DNA of 63,930 nt, counting the filler, from Nitrospirae bacterium CG2_30_53_67 (GTDB lineage Bacteria; CG2-30-53-67): the NCBI GenBank assembly GCA_001873285.1. It is 7 parts of 7 records of this genome, joined end to end, with 100 filler letters (N's around TTAATTAATTAA, not from the genome) between each part and the next. Parts side by side here need not be neighbours in the genome. Positions count along the whole stretch, not along the records: positions 6,648 to 32,307 come from MNYV01000086.1; 6 more parts are not named here. The stretch is one strand, 5' to 3'. Under the pieces are notes generated by a model, which made no database searches, was not told the DNA's origin, and worked only from the letters and a program-made list of their open reading frames with translations. This document shows positions 10,514-20,494 of this stretch, piece after piece. Positions within the stretch are counted from its first letter, which is position 1; each line of letters opens with the position of its first letter. The translations under genes and the position numbers were made by a program.

Positions 10514-12936
10514 GGTTGATCTTCCGTCCTGATGGGGGTCCCCGGCGCGCTGTTTTCATTCCCCTGACCGTCCTGAACCGAAGGATCCGGGGCCGGCGGA
10601 TCCGGATTTTCCTTCAAGGTCTCATCGGGAAGGGCTTTTGGTCCGGTCGGATCTCCCTTGTCTTGCTCTTGTTTTTCCGGAGAACCGTAGAAATCGTATG
10701 AAGGCTGCTGAGCCTTATAGTCCTTGTTGGACTCAAAATCCTGTTGTTTCTTTTCAGAGAGTCTCGCCGCCTCCGTGGGATTGGTGACAATGTGCGGCGT
10801 CAGGAAGATCATCAGGTTCGTTTTGTTGTTTTTGTTCTGATTTGAGCTGAAGAGATATTTTAAAAACGGCAGATCACCCAAACAGGGAATTTTGGAATGG
10901 GTATCATTGATATCATCCTGGATGAGACCCCCGATGACGATAGTATGGCTGTCTTTGACCACGATGGTGGTCTTGGCGGACCGCTTGGTGGTCACCGGCG
11001 CCGTGGCCCCGGTCCCGGCCGTGGCTGCGGCATCCACATTGGAGACTTCCTGAGAGAGTTCAAGCCGGACGAAACGGTTCTGGCTGATATGGGGCGTGAC
11101 CTTGAGCGTGACTCCCACGTCCTTGAACTCAAAGGTCTGAAACACATCATTGACCCCTTGCTGCCCGGTTCGGGCCTGGGTCAGGAAGGGACGGTTCTCA
11201 CCGACCTGGATCTCCGCCTCCTGGTTGTCCATGGTCAGGATCTGGGGGGTGGCGATGATGTTGGTGTCGGAACGGGTGGCCACGGCTGTGATCAGCGCCG
11301 AAATGGAAGGAAATTGGTGGCCGTTGAATGTAATAAAGTTTCCGAAGACGCCCAGGTTGAATCCGGTGACGGATGAGGGGATCGTCCCTTCATTGAGGGA
11401 TCCTATGGTGGGAAGGAGGGCGCCCTGAGGAAGCGATCCGCCGAAACCCAGGCGGTCAATGGAGTCATCGGCGCCGATGCTCCCTCCAAAAGTTTCCCAC
11501 TCCACACCGAGGTTGTAAGAATCGCTTCCGCGGACTTCCATGATCAGGGCCTCGATTAAGACCTGTGATCGAGGGATGTCCAGTTTTTCGATGACCGATT
11601 TGATCTGCTCATAATCTTCGGGATCGGCGTTGATGATCAGTGCGTTGGTGGCCTTGTCGGCAACGATCCTGATATCCGTCTGGGTCGGGATCTTCTCCGT
11701 CCCCTTATTGTCTTTGCCTTTTCCCGCCTTAATTCCGGAGACAAATTCATTCAGGACTGTAACGGCCTCCTCGGCCACGGCGTTCTGAAGATAATAGATG
11801 TTGACCCGCCCTTTTCCCTCGGGGGATGGCACATCCAGTCTCCGGACAAGATTGACGATGCTTTCATAATCGTTTTTGGTAGCGAGGACGATCAGGGAGT
11901 TGGTCCGTTCGTCCGCAATGATCTTGATTTCGGACGAGACACCGGAGACCGTGGTCGGTGCGGCGGACGGGGTCCCTCTCATCCTGACGCCGGGAGACGA
12001 TCCTGAAGCGGCGGCGCTCCCTTGTCCGAGGATATCGTTTAAGTGCTCGGTTATGGTCTTGACCGAGGCATACTTGATGGGGATGACATAGAGTTCCGCA
12101 TGGTATCCCTTGACATCCAGTTCGCCGATGATCTTCAGGATACGGTAAAGGTTGGAATTGAGATCGGTCATGATCAGCGTATTGGTCGGTTTGTAGGAGA
12201 CCAGATAGCCGTCTTTCGAGAAGAGGGGCCGGATGAGGGCCGCCAGGTCATCGGCATTGACATATTCCAGCCGTGCGATCCGGGTAACGAATTCGTCCGT
12301 ACGCTCTGAAAGAGAAGGGGCCTTTCCCACCACGGTCTCGATTCCTCTCTGTTTGGCTTCCGGGCTCGGGACGATCTTGATCACCTTATCAGCCGAGACT
12401 AGGGTGTATCCCCTGATCTCCAGGATGGATTCAAAAACCCTGTAGGCCTCATCCACAGTGATTTTTTCCGGAGAGACAACAGTGACCTTGCCTTTAACCG
12501 CTTCATCGATCAGGAAATTTTTATGCACCAGTTCACTGATGAACTTGATCAAAACACGGATGTCCGCATCCTCAAAGTTCATGGTGATCAGTTCATCTTT
12601 CCGGGGCATAGGAGAAGATCCTTGCGGCGGAACTGCAGGGACCGCCCCTGGTGACGGATGGGATCCGGGTATGGGTACGGACGGCGGCTGTACAGCAGGT
12701 CCAGGTCCCGGCGTCCGTTGTGCCGCCGTGGGCGCCCCTATGTCCGGCGTGGATCCAGGGGGAGTTCCCTGGGCAGCCGGTACGGCAGGCGGTGTTCCCG
12801 GCATCCGCTGCGTTGCAGGGGGAGCCGCCGGCGAAACTTGTTGCGCCTGCTCTGCCGAGGCGTAAGAGAGGAGCATAAAGATAGATCCTGCCAGCAGGAC
12901 CAGGCAAGAGAGATACATGGTTTGATGATTTTTCAT
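10510..12936 (-). CDS. gspD: Type II secretion secretin with a Pro-rich N-terminal extension
   Basis: MNFEDADIR N0 domain, repeated ADERTNSLIV/ADKATNALII N-domains, QVLIEALIMEV, DVGVTLKVTP, KIPCLGDLP. Confidence 0.95.
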   Translation of the reverse strand: MKNHQTMYLSCLVLLAGSIFMLLSYASAEQAQQVSPAAPPATQRMPGTPPAVPAAQGTPPGSTPDIGAPTAAQRTPGPGPAVQPPSVPIPGSHPSPGAVPAVPPQGSSPMPRKDELITMNFEDADIRVLIKFISELVHKNFLIDEAVKGKVTVVSPEKITVDEAYRVFESILEIRGYTLVSADKVIKIVPSPEAKQRGIETVVGKAPSLSERTDEFVTRIARLEYVNADDLAALIRPLFSKDGYLVSYKPTNTLIMTDLNSNLYRILKIIGELDVKGYHAELYVIPIKYASVKTITEHLNDILGQGSAAASGSSPGVRMRGTPSAAPTTVSGVSSEIKIIADERTNSLIVLATKNDYESIVNLVRRLDVPSPEGKGRVNIYYLQNAVAEEAVTVLNEFVSGIKAGKGKDNKGTEKIPTQTDIRIVADKATNALIINADPEDYEQIKSVIEKLDIPRSQVLIEALIMEVRGSDSYNLGVEWETFGGSIGADDSIDRLGFGGSLPQGALLPTIGSLNEGTIPSSVTGFNLGVFGNFITFNGHQFPSISALITAVATRSDTNIIATPQILTMDNQEAEIQVGENRPFLTQARTGQQGVNDVFQTFEFKDVGVTLKVTPHISQNRFVRLELSQEVSNVDAAATAGTGATAPVTTKRSAKTTIVVKDSHTIVIGGLIQDDINDTHSKIPCLGDLPFLKYLFSSNQNKNNKTNLMIFLTPHIVTNPTEAARLSEKKQQDFESNKDYKAQQPSYDFYGSPEKQEQDKGDPTGPKALPDETLKENPDPPAPDPSVQDGQGNENSAPGTPIRTEDQP

Positions 12937-12963
12937 TCTGCGCCCCCGAGTTCAAGATCGATG

Positions 12964-13797
12964 TTACTCGACCGTATAATTGATGGTCAGGACCTGGTTG
13001 TCCCTTTCCACCTCCAGGTTGAGTGTTTTGGCATCTGAGTACTTGTTGAAAATTTCAAAGATGTTTTTAAATTCCTCAGACGAGGTTCCGTTGATGGCCT
13101 TGATGATATCATTTTTTTGGAGGCCGAGCTCCGACAGGCGGCTCCCTTCACGAAGATAGGTCACCGTGAATCCGTCTCGTTTCCCTGAAGTAAAATGGGG
13201 GATGATCCTCACGTCCCTCATGAGAGATCTGAGGTCACTGGCCGCTTCCTGGATTTCCTGCCGCTGGATCCTCTGAGGGGGTTCGGCAAGGGCGGTGGGT
13301 CGGGATTCCCCTTTTTTATCCTGCTTGTCTTCCTGGAACATCAGCAGGAGTTCCTTGCGTCCGTTCCGGTTGATCACCACCCGATCCTCAAAAATGGCGC
13401 TTAAGGTGACGCCGCTTCCGATGTTGTCGTTGATATGATAAAGGTTCTGTGCTTTTAAATTGGTATCCTCAATGATGGCAAAGGAACGTTTCCTGTTGCT
13501 GACCACCGTGCCCTTTAGGGTTAATTTTAAATCCGTTTTGGGGTGATCCAGGGAATCATCCGCGTTGTTCCCGGTTATCTGGGCGAAGGATGCCCCCTGG
13601 AACAGGTTCCGTTCAGTGATCTTGCCGTAAGCCGAAAAGGGTTTGGTCTCTTTTTTCAGGGAAAGCACGTTCTTGTTTGCGGCATCGTGTGGTTTCTCGA
13701 CATATAGGTGACTGTTGATTATTTTCAAGGCGATATCGGCTGCAAAGAGGATGAATAAGGAGATCAAAATGATTTGAAAAACTCTCTTTTTATGCAT
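12964..13797 (-). CDS. gspC: Type II secretion protein C with PDZ domain
   Basis: N-terminal TM, ERNLF, LKLTLKGTV..FAIIED, C-terminal LGLQKNDIIKAING PDZ domain. First gene of the gsp operon. Confidence 0.88.
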   Translation of the reverse strand: MHKKRVFQIILISLFILFAADIALKIINSHLYVEKPHDAANKNVLSLKKETKPFSAYGKITERNLFQGASFAQITGNNADDSLDHPKTDLKLTLKGTVVSNRKRSFAIIEDTNLKAQNLYHINDNIGSGVTLSAIFEDRVVINRNGRKELLLMFQEDKQDKKGESRPTALAEPPQRIQRQEIQEAASDLRSLMRDVRIIPHFTSGKRDGFTVTYLREGSRLSELGLQKNDIIKAINGTSSEEFKNIFEIFNKYSDAKTLNLEVERDNQVLTINYTVE

Positions 13798-13874
13798 TTC
13801 ATAAACCTTAGAGGTTGTCTAAACCATTTATTTTTATAATAATTTACACATTTTGTCAAGAAAATTGGACTCCA

Positions 13875-13932
13875 TTTTAATATAGCGGGAACTCCCCGCC
13901 TATAAAGGCGGGGAGTTCCCGCTATATTAAAA
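13875..13932. repeat. Perfect palindrome with 27-bp arms and a 4-nt loop
   Basis: TTTTAATATAGCGGGAACTCCCCGCCT-ATAA-AGGCGGGGAGTTCCCGCTATATTAAAA. Confidence 0.9.
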
Positions 13933-13983
13933 GACTCTTGTACCGAATGTATGATAAATGCCAAAAAAACCGATACATTTTTC

Positions 13984-14011
13984 TTGACTGGTACCGGTTG
14001 TATGATAAAAT
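13984..14011 (+). promoter_or_regulatory. Putative sigma70 promoter of the polysaccharide operon
   Basis: TTGACT-16-TAAAAT with an extended -10 TG. Confidence 0.5.
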
Positions 14012-14072
14012 TTAATAGTAAATACAGTAAATTATCATTCTCTCAGAATAGATAAAAAACAGGGAGAAATCT

Positions 14073-16607
14073 ATGTTAGATCGTCGATACTTGATCCTGG
14101 CCTCGGTTGTCTTCATTCTTTTTCCGGGTTGTTCTCATCTCCATCCGGAGGTCATGACCCTATCCGATTTTACCTGGTCCGTTGAAACCGGACCGGTCAA
14201 TGCCGGACAGTATCGGGCTGTAACCGCCGCCGATCTGAACCAGGACGGCTTTCCGGATTTAATTGCCGGTTCGTTCAATCCGGGAGGGGTGACGATCTGG
14301 ACGGGAGACGGGAAAGGAAAGTGGCGTCTGGCCAGGAAACCTCCGGTCAACGGGGATGTCCGCTCCATTGCCGTCTGTGATATCAACGGGGACGGGAACC
14401 AGGATCTGGCGGTCGTGGGCCAGAGAGATCTTAAAGGGGTGATGGTCCTCTTGCAGGGAGCGGACGGGTCCTGGAAACAAGGGAACTCGCCTGTGGAGAC
14501 CGGAAGCTACGAGAGCGTGAAGTGTCTGGATGTCAATAAGGATGGGAATCCGGACATCGTCGCAGCCAACAGTTCCGGAGACCAGGAAGGGGGCATCCAG
14601 GTCTGGTTCGGCGACGGCAAAGGGGAATGGATCCAGCAGGCCGGGCCGGATGCAGCCCACATCTATCGGGATGCGGCTCTGACCGATATCAACGGCGATG
14701 GGAACCTGGATATCATCGCCACGTCCTGGGGGCGCCCCGGGGGAATTCATATCTATCTGGGAAGCGGTGACGGCGCCTGGTCCACATTCCCGAGTCCGGC
14801 CAAGGAAGGGGACTTCTGGGGGGTGGCGGTCGCGGATCTGAACCATGACGGATGGATGGACATCGCGGCCACAACCTACTATCAGGGGATCAAAATCTGG
14901 ACCGGCAACGGCAAAGGAGACTGGCAGGACGTGACCTTTCCGGTGAACCGCGGATTTTACTGGTCTATCCTGGTCTCGGATTTCAACAAGGACGGAAGGA
15001 TGGATATCGCCGCGAGCTCGGTGGACTCCGGCGGGGTCAGGGTCTGGTTTGGAGGAAAGGTCGGGGGGTGGCTCTCCATGGGAAAAGGGCTCCCGGAGTC
15101 CGGGAGTTTTTATGGGCTTACGGCCTCAGATCTGGATGGGGACGGGGTCCATGATCTGATCGCGGCCAGCTATAGTGAAGGCGTGCAGATCTGGTTTGGA
15201 GGACATGGAGAAAAACGGGCCGTCAAGGAGATCCAGGCCGTTCCTTCGGGCAGGGAAGCGAAAGAGGCGTCCAATCCTTTTCTGACGCGTTTTGCGGTTC
15301 CGTTTGAGCCCAATGGGGAGGATCTGTCCAAGGCTGCCCAGGTTGTGATTGCGGAAATCGTGAAGACATTGCAGAGCTCATCTTATGAGACGATCCGTAT
15401 AGAAGGTCATGCGGACCGTCTTGAGAAACCCGAGGGACAGGGGTCCCTGATGGCGCTTTCGGAGGCGCGGGCGGAAAAGGTGAAAAAGATATTGGACGAG
15501 AGCCTTCAGATCGAACCCGGCAGGATATCCGTAACCGGTTTTGCCGACAGCCGGCCTGCCGAGGAATCCGTGTCCGGCGCCGGATCCGGGAACTCCGTGG
15601 TGGAGATCATCATCTCCCATCAGGCGGGCGTGGACGGGCATCCGGCGCCCAGTGAAGCAGAAAAGAAACAGCAGGATGAGTTCATCAAGAGTCAATTCCT
15701 GACTGAATACAAGGTCGGACCGGGGGACATCCTCAAGGTCGTTTTCTGGAAACAGTTCAGCGCCGATGAGTATGAAGTGCTGATCCGGCCGGATGGGACC
15801 CTATCGTTGTTCATGGTGGATGACCTTTCTGCCGGAGGATTGACCCTCACCGAACTGGATCGTCTGTTGACGGAGAAGTTGAGCCGTTATTTCAAGAATC
15901 CGAGGATTGATATTACGATTAAAGAGTTTCACAGCCAGGAGGTGATGATTCTGGGGGCCGTCAATTCCCTGGTACGGCAGCCTACCGGGCCTGGGGTTTA
16001 TGTTTTAAAGAAACCGACAAAGATTGTTGAACTGCTGACCATTGCAGGGGGACCCCTTCCCACGGCCAACCTGAAAAAGGTGACGGTAACCCGGAAGAAC
16101 GGGACCACCCTTTCGGTCAATCTCTATAAGGCGATTTTCCAAGCCAACGCCTCGGAGGATATCCCGATCTATCCTGGGGATTCGATTTTTATCCCCGAAA
16201 CCTCAGAAGGGATGAGCAAGGTTTATGTCTTCGGCGAGGTCAAGAATCCAGGCATCTATGATCTCAAAGAGGGGATGAGCGTCCTGGATGCAGTGGGCAG
16301 GGCCGGAAGTTTTACCGAGGATGCCGTGGTCCAGAGCACGCACTTAATCCGCGGAGATCTCTCCAGGCCTGAAGTCATCCCCGTGGATGTCAAACGGTTC
16401 TTTCAGAAGGGCGATCTTTCCGCCAACCTGGTCCTGCAGAATAACGATATCATCTATGTTCCCAAAAACAGGATTGCAAGCGTTTCTTATCTCCTGACGA
16501 AAATCAAGCCCATGCTCGATTTCGTCCTTTTCCCGTATCAGTTTGAGTCGATGCGCACCACCATCGACCTGAACAAGGAGAATGTCAGGCCGCTGACGAC
16601 GCCGTAA
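14073..16607 (+). CDS. Lipoprotein fusing FG-GAP/VCBS repeats, an OmpA-like domain and a polysaccharide export (OPX/Wza: Poly_export + SLBB) module
   Basis: Lipobox FPGC. Seven D(L/I/V/F)(N/D)xDGxxD repeats. IRIEGHAD..LSEARAEKVK OmpA-like segment. EYKVGPGDILKV..IRPDG, then two SLBB repeats (VYVFGEVKNPGIY). Confidence 0.88.
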   Translation: MLDRRYLILASVVFILFPGCSHLHPEVMTLSDFTWSVETGPVNAGQYRAVTAADLNQDGFPDLIAGSFNPGGVTIWTGDGKGKWRLARKPPVNGDVRSIAVCDINGDGNQDLAVVGQRDLKGVMVLLQGADGSWKQGNSPVETGSYESVKCLDVNKDGNPDIVAANSSGDQEGGIQVWFGDGKGEWIQQAGPDAAHIYRDAALTDINGDGNLDIIATSWGRPGGIHIYLGSGDGAWSTFPSPAKEGDFWGVAVADLNHDGWMDIAATTYYQGIKIWTGNGKGDWQDVTFPVNRGFYWSILVSDFNKDGRMDIAASSVDSGGVRVWFGGKVGGWLSMGKGLPESGSFYGLTASDLDGDGVHDLIAASYSEGVQIWFGGHGEKRAVKEIQAVPSGREAKEASNPFLTRFAVPFEPNGEDLSKAAQVVIAEIVKTLQSSSYETIRIEGHADRLEKPEGQGSLMALSEARAEKVKKILDESLQIEPGRISVTGFADSRPAEESVSGAGSGNSVVEIIISHQAGVDGHPAPSEAEKKQQDEFIKSQFLTEYKVGPGDILKVVFWKQFSADEYEVLIRPDGTLSLFMVDDLSAGGLTLTELDRLLTEKLSRYFKNPRIDITIKEFHSQEVMILGAVNSLVRQPTGPGVYVLKKPTKIVELLTIAGGPLPTANLKKVTVTRKNGTTLSVNLYKAIFQANASEDIPIYPGDSIFIPETSEGMSKVYVFGEVKNPGIYDLKEGMSVLDAVGRAGSFTEDAVVQSTHLIRGDLSRPEVIPVDVKRFFQKGDLSANLVLQNNDIIYVPKNRIASVSYLLTKIKPMLDFVLFPYQFESMRTTIDLNKENVRPLTTP

Positions 16608-16719
16608 TCCTGTGAGGCATATTGGGCGGACTCGTAAAAAGTCCACAAGGGGGACGGCAGAGTAAAAAGCTCCGGATGCAAGGCAAGATCATTGATCTTA
16701 TCCATGATGAAAGGGAACC

Positions 16720-19053
16720 ATGAAAGCTATTGATTCATCGCAGTATGAACTCGATCTGAGAGACTACGGCATCATTCTTCTGAAAAGGAAGCGTCTGATC
16801 ATCATGACCACCTTCCTGATCAGCTTCTTGAGCTTTCTGTTCGCCTTCTCAAAAGAGGCTATTTATGAGTCTACTTCCAGTGTGAAGATCGAGCAGAGCA
16901 AAACCGTCGCCGGTCTTTTTCTGGAGGCCTTCAGCTGGAACTCCTGGGACAATATTGCCACTGAGTCCGAGGTCATCCGGAGCACACCGGTTGTGGTCAG
17001 GGTCTGCAAATCCCTCGGATTGATCCCGCAGGAGATCTCCTACGATGAGATCAAGGAATCCGGCAAGTATTCCGGCATCGTCAGGGGGATCCAGGGAAAG
17101 ATCCGAACCGCGCAGGAAGGGAACACCAACATCATCAATATCATCGTCTCTTCCAACGATCCGGTCCAGGTCAAGACCATCGCCAACAGGGTTGCCGAGC
17201 AATACAAGGTTTATCATGTCTATGCAAAGACCAATGAGGCGCGCAGGACCCGGGAATTTATCGAGAATCAACTGATAGAGACTCAGAAGGTTCTCTCCAA
17301 TTCGGAAAAGAAGCTTCAAGACTTCAAGGAAAAACACAAGTTCATTACCCTCGACGCCGAGGTGAATGCGACTCTGAACAGCCTCCAGGCCGCGCAGACG
17401 GAACATGAACAGGTCAAACGTCAGGCGCAGGAAACAGACATGATGATCAAACGCCTGGAAGGAACGCAGATTTCAGCCCTGGACCAGGTCCTTTCGGAAC
17501 GTCCTTATGTCGAGTCGGCCGCATCCGTTCTCGGCCAGTTGAACAGCAAGCTGGTTGAGCTGATCCTCAGCAGGAACAACCTTTTGATTGATTACACCTC
17601 GGAGCACCCGCAGGTCAAGGACGTCGACGAGAAGATCATGGATATCAGAAGGGAGATGCTCAAGGAACTGAAGAGCCAGTATGCAGTCTATAACGACAGG
17701 GAAAAGACCCTTCAGGACCAGATATCGGGTATCATTGAAAAGAACAAGAACCTCCCCGAATACGAAGTTCAGTTAAGTCAGATCCAGAGAGACGTTCATG
17801 TCAATGAGGAACTCTTCTCCCTCCTGAAGACCAAATATCAGGAGGCGCAGATCCGGGAGAAGGAACAGGCCGATGAGGTTTCGGTGATCCGGGCGGCGGA
17901 CCTGGGGACCCGTATGAATGACAAGCTCTGGTCAACCACTTTCGTGGGGTTGATCATCGGCCTGATGCTGGGCCTGATCATCGCCCTGGTCCGGGAAACC
18001 CTCGATACCTCCATCGGGACCATTGAGGACGTGGAGAGGTATCTCCAGATTCCCGTCCTGGGCGTCATTCCCCATATCGACATGTATGAGATCAAGGAGG
18101 TCGTCTCCCAGAACGACGAGAAGGATGCCAAGTTTGAGGATCTGCTTGGGAGTCATGCCCATCTCATCACCCAGCTCAAACCCAAGTCCTCTGTAGCGGA
18201 GAGCTACCGGACCTTGAGGACCAATATCCAGTTTACCAACCTGAAAAAAACAGGGCAGATCATCCTGTTTACGAGCTCCTCTTTAAAGGAAGGGAAGAGC
18301 ACGACGGTAGCCAATCTGGCGATCACCAAGGCGCAGGAGGGGAACAAGGTGCTCCTGGTCAACTGCGATCTCCGTAAACCTTCCATCTACAAGATCTTCG
18401 GATTGGAGAAAGAGGTCGGCTTGACCGATATTATCCTCGGGAAGATCCCATGGAAGGATGCCGTCAAGGACATCACCGATCTCATGATGGGCAAGATCCG
18501 GATGGACGATATCATGAAGACCCCGGGTCTGGAAAACCTGCACGTCATTACGGCCGGGGGGATACCGCCCAATCCGGCGGAGCTTTTGAGTTCAAAGGGA
18601 ATGAGCGACTTCATGGAGGAGATTCGGAAAGAGTATGATATGATCATCATGGACTGCCCGCCTCTCCTCCCCGTGACCGATGCGGCGATATTAGCTCCAA
18701 AAGTGGACGGGGTGGTCCTGGTCTATCAGGCCGGAAGGATACCGAGGAATGCCCTCAAACGGGCCAAGACGCACCTGGAGAATGTCCGGGCCAATATCCT
18801 CGGTATTGTTCTGAATGATATAACGGCTGAGATCAGCGGATATTATCCGATGTCTCAATATCAAACCAAATACTATGGTGAAGATACCGGGCGTGATCAT
18901 GGCAGGAAGAAAGAATGGATGGCCCTGCTGGAGAAGTCTATTCAGAAGGCAAAAAGCCGGATCATGAAGACCCATGTCTCCATGTTTCAATTTTTTGTCC
19001 TGGCCCTTTCAGCAATATTGATTCTGGTCGGGTTCTTTTGGCAAAAGAAATAA
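16720..19053 (+). CDS. wzc: Polysaccharide copolymerase / BY-kinase
   Basis: N-terminal TM, coiled-coil periplasmic domain, ESYRTLRTN, Walker A SSLKEGKST, CDLRKP, IMDCPP, C-terminal Tyr cluster. Confidence 0.93.
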   Translation: MKAIDSSQYELDLRDYGIILLKRKRLIIMTTFLISFLSFLFAFSKEAIYESTSSVKIEQSKTVAGLFLEAFSWNSWDNIATESEVIRSTPVVVRVCKSLGLIPQEISYDEIKESGKYSGIVRGIQGKIRTAQEGNTNIINIIVSSNDPVQVKTIANRVAEQYKVYHVYAKTNEARRTREFIENQLIETQKVLSNSEKKLQDFKEKHKFITLDAEVNATLNSLQAAQTEHEQVKRQAQETDMMIKRLEGTQISALDQVLSERPYVESAASVLGQLNSKLVELILSRNNLLIDYTSEHPQVKDVDEKIMDIRREMLKELKSQYAVYNDREKTLQDQISGIIEKNKNLPEYEVQLSQIQRDVHVNEELFSLLKTKYQEAQIREKEQADEVSVIRAADLGTRMNDKLWSTTFVGLIIGLMLGLIIALVRETLDTSIGTIEDVERYLQIPVLGVIPHIDMYEIKEVVSQNDEKDAKFEDLLGSHAHLITQLKPKSSVAESYRTLRTNIQFTNLKKTGQIILFTSSSLKEGKSTTVANLAITKAQEGNKVLLVNCDLRKPSIYKIFGLEKEVGLTDIILGKIPWKDAVKDITDLMMGKIRMDDIMKTPGLENLHVITAGGIPPNPAELLSSKGMSDFMEEIRKEYDMIIMDCPPLLPVTDAAILAPKVDGVVLVYQAGRIPRNALKRAKTHLENVRANILGIVLNDITAEISGYYPMSQYQTKYYGEDTGRDHGRKKEWMALLEKSIQKAKSRIMKTHVSMFQFFVLALSAILILVGFFWQKK

Positions 19054-19111
19054 ACTCCATTTATTGATCTCCACTGGATTCAACCGACCTGACCTCTCTT
19101 GTGGGCTCGAT

Positions 19112-20476
19112 ATGATTGCAACCGACCGGACCAAAATTCATATTTTTTACATCATTCTGCTCTCCATGGCCGTGCTAACCACCCATTTCCTGACCCAACT
19201 GACCACAGGGACCTCCCTCAAGGTTGCGGCGGGATGCCTGATCCTGGTGGTTTCCATACTGAGAACCGAGGCGGCCCTCTACATCCTGATTCTTTCCATG
19301 CTTTTGTCGCCTGAAATCAAGGTTGCCGGCGGCGCTGGACGGGATGTAGTCCTGAGGGTGGATGATATTCTCCTGGTGATTATCGGCTTGTCCTGGCTTG
19401 CCAAGACAGCCCTCTTCAAAGAGATGGGGATATTCAGGAAGACTCCGATCAACCGTCCGATCCTGATCTATGCCGTGGTCTGCGCATTCTCCACCATTCT
19501 GGGCGTTCTCTTTGACCGAGTCAGGCCTGCGGACGGTTTTTTCTATGTCCTGAAATATCTGGAATATTTCGTGGTTTATTTTCTCGTCGTCAATCAACTC
19601 CGCGGCGGCGAGCAGATCCGGAGATTTGTCTGGGCGATTTTGATCACAGGAGTTCTGATATCCATTTATGGGATGATGCAGATTCCTTCGGGCGTCCGGG
19701 TTTCCGCTCCCTTTGAAGGGATCAACGGGGAACCCAACACCATGGGAGGGTATCTATTGCTGCTGATCTCGATAGTTTCAGGATTTTTTCTGACGGCAAA
19801 AACCCAGAAAACCAAGGTGATTTATATGGGGCTGGCCGTATTCTTTACGATTCCTTTTATCTATACCCTATCCAGGACCTCCTGGATTGCCGTGATCCCC
19901 ATGGTCATGACTCTGATCTATTTCAGTTACCGGAAGACCGTGTTGATCTATTTCGTCATTCTGGCCGTTGCCCTGACCCCCATTTTTGCCCCGAAGAGCG
20001 CAAAAGAGCGTTTTTTATATACCTTTCAGAAACACCATACGAAATCCATCGTCGTGGCCGGGGTCACCCTTGACCCCTCTTCCTCGGATCGAATTACAAG
20101 CTGGGGGAGATGCCTCAATGATTTTGTCCATCACCCGGTCTTGGGATACGGAATCACCGGGTATGGATTCATTGACGGCCAGTACTTCAGGACCCTGGTG
20201 GAACTGGGTTTGGCCGGTCTGGTTTCATTGTGGTACTTGATGTTTGTCGTCTTCCGGGAGATCTTAAAAGTCTATCGGGTTTGTACCCGGCCCTATGACA
20301 AGGGGCTGGCCCTGGGCATGCTGGCCGGGTGTTCAGCCATGTTTATGCACTCTTTAGGGGCCAATACGTTTATTATTGTACGGATTATGGAACCCTTTTG
20401 GTTTCTCGTGGGTATGGTCCTCATTCTGCCCAGACTGCGGATGGCGGCTTGCGACGACGAGGAAGCAGGGTCTTGA
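19112..20476 (+). CDS. O-antigen ligase / Wzy-family polymerase
   Basis: Multiple TM segments, EPNTMGGY, TLSRTSWI, PVLGYG, LVELGLAGL. The ORF track start at 19064 is an alternative. Confidence 0.85.
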   Translation: MIATDRTKIHIFYIILLSMAVLTTHFLTQLTTGTSLKVAAGCLILVVSILRTEAALYILILSMLLSPEIKVAGGAGRDVVLRVDDILLVIIGLSWLAKTALFKEMGIFRKTPINRPILIYAVVCAFSTILGVLFDRVRPADGFFYVLKYLEYFVVYFLVVNQLRGGEQIRRFVWAILITGVLISIYGMMQIPSGVRVSAPFEGINGEPNTMGGYLLLLISIVSGFFLTAKTQKTKVIYMGLAVFFTIPFIYTLSRTSWIAVIPMVMTLIYFSYRKTVLIYFVILAVALTPIFAPKSAKERFLYTFQKHHTKSIVVAGVTLDPSSSDRITSWGRCLNDFVHHPVLGYGITGYGFIDGQYFRTLVELGLAGLVSLWYLMFVVFREILKVYRVCTRPYDKGLALGMLAGCSAMFMHSLGANTFIIVRIMEPFWFLVGMVLILPRLRMAACDDEEAGS

Positions 20477-20494
20477 TTTCATCATGAGGAAGGT

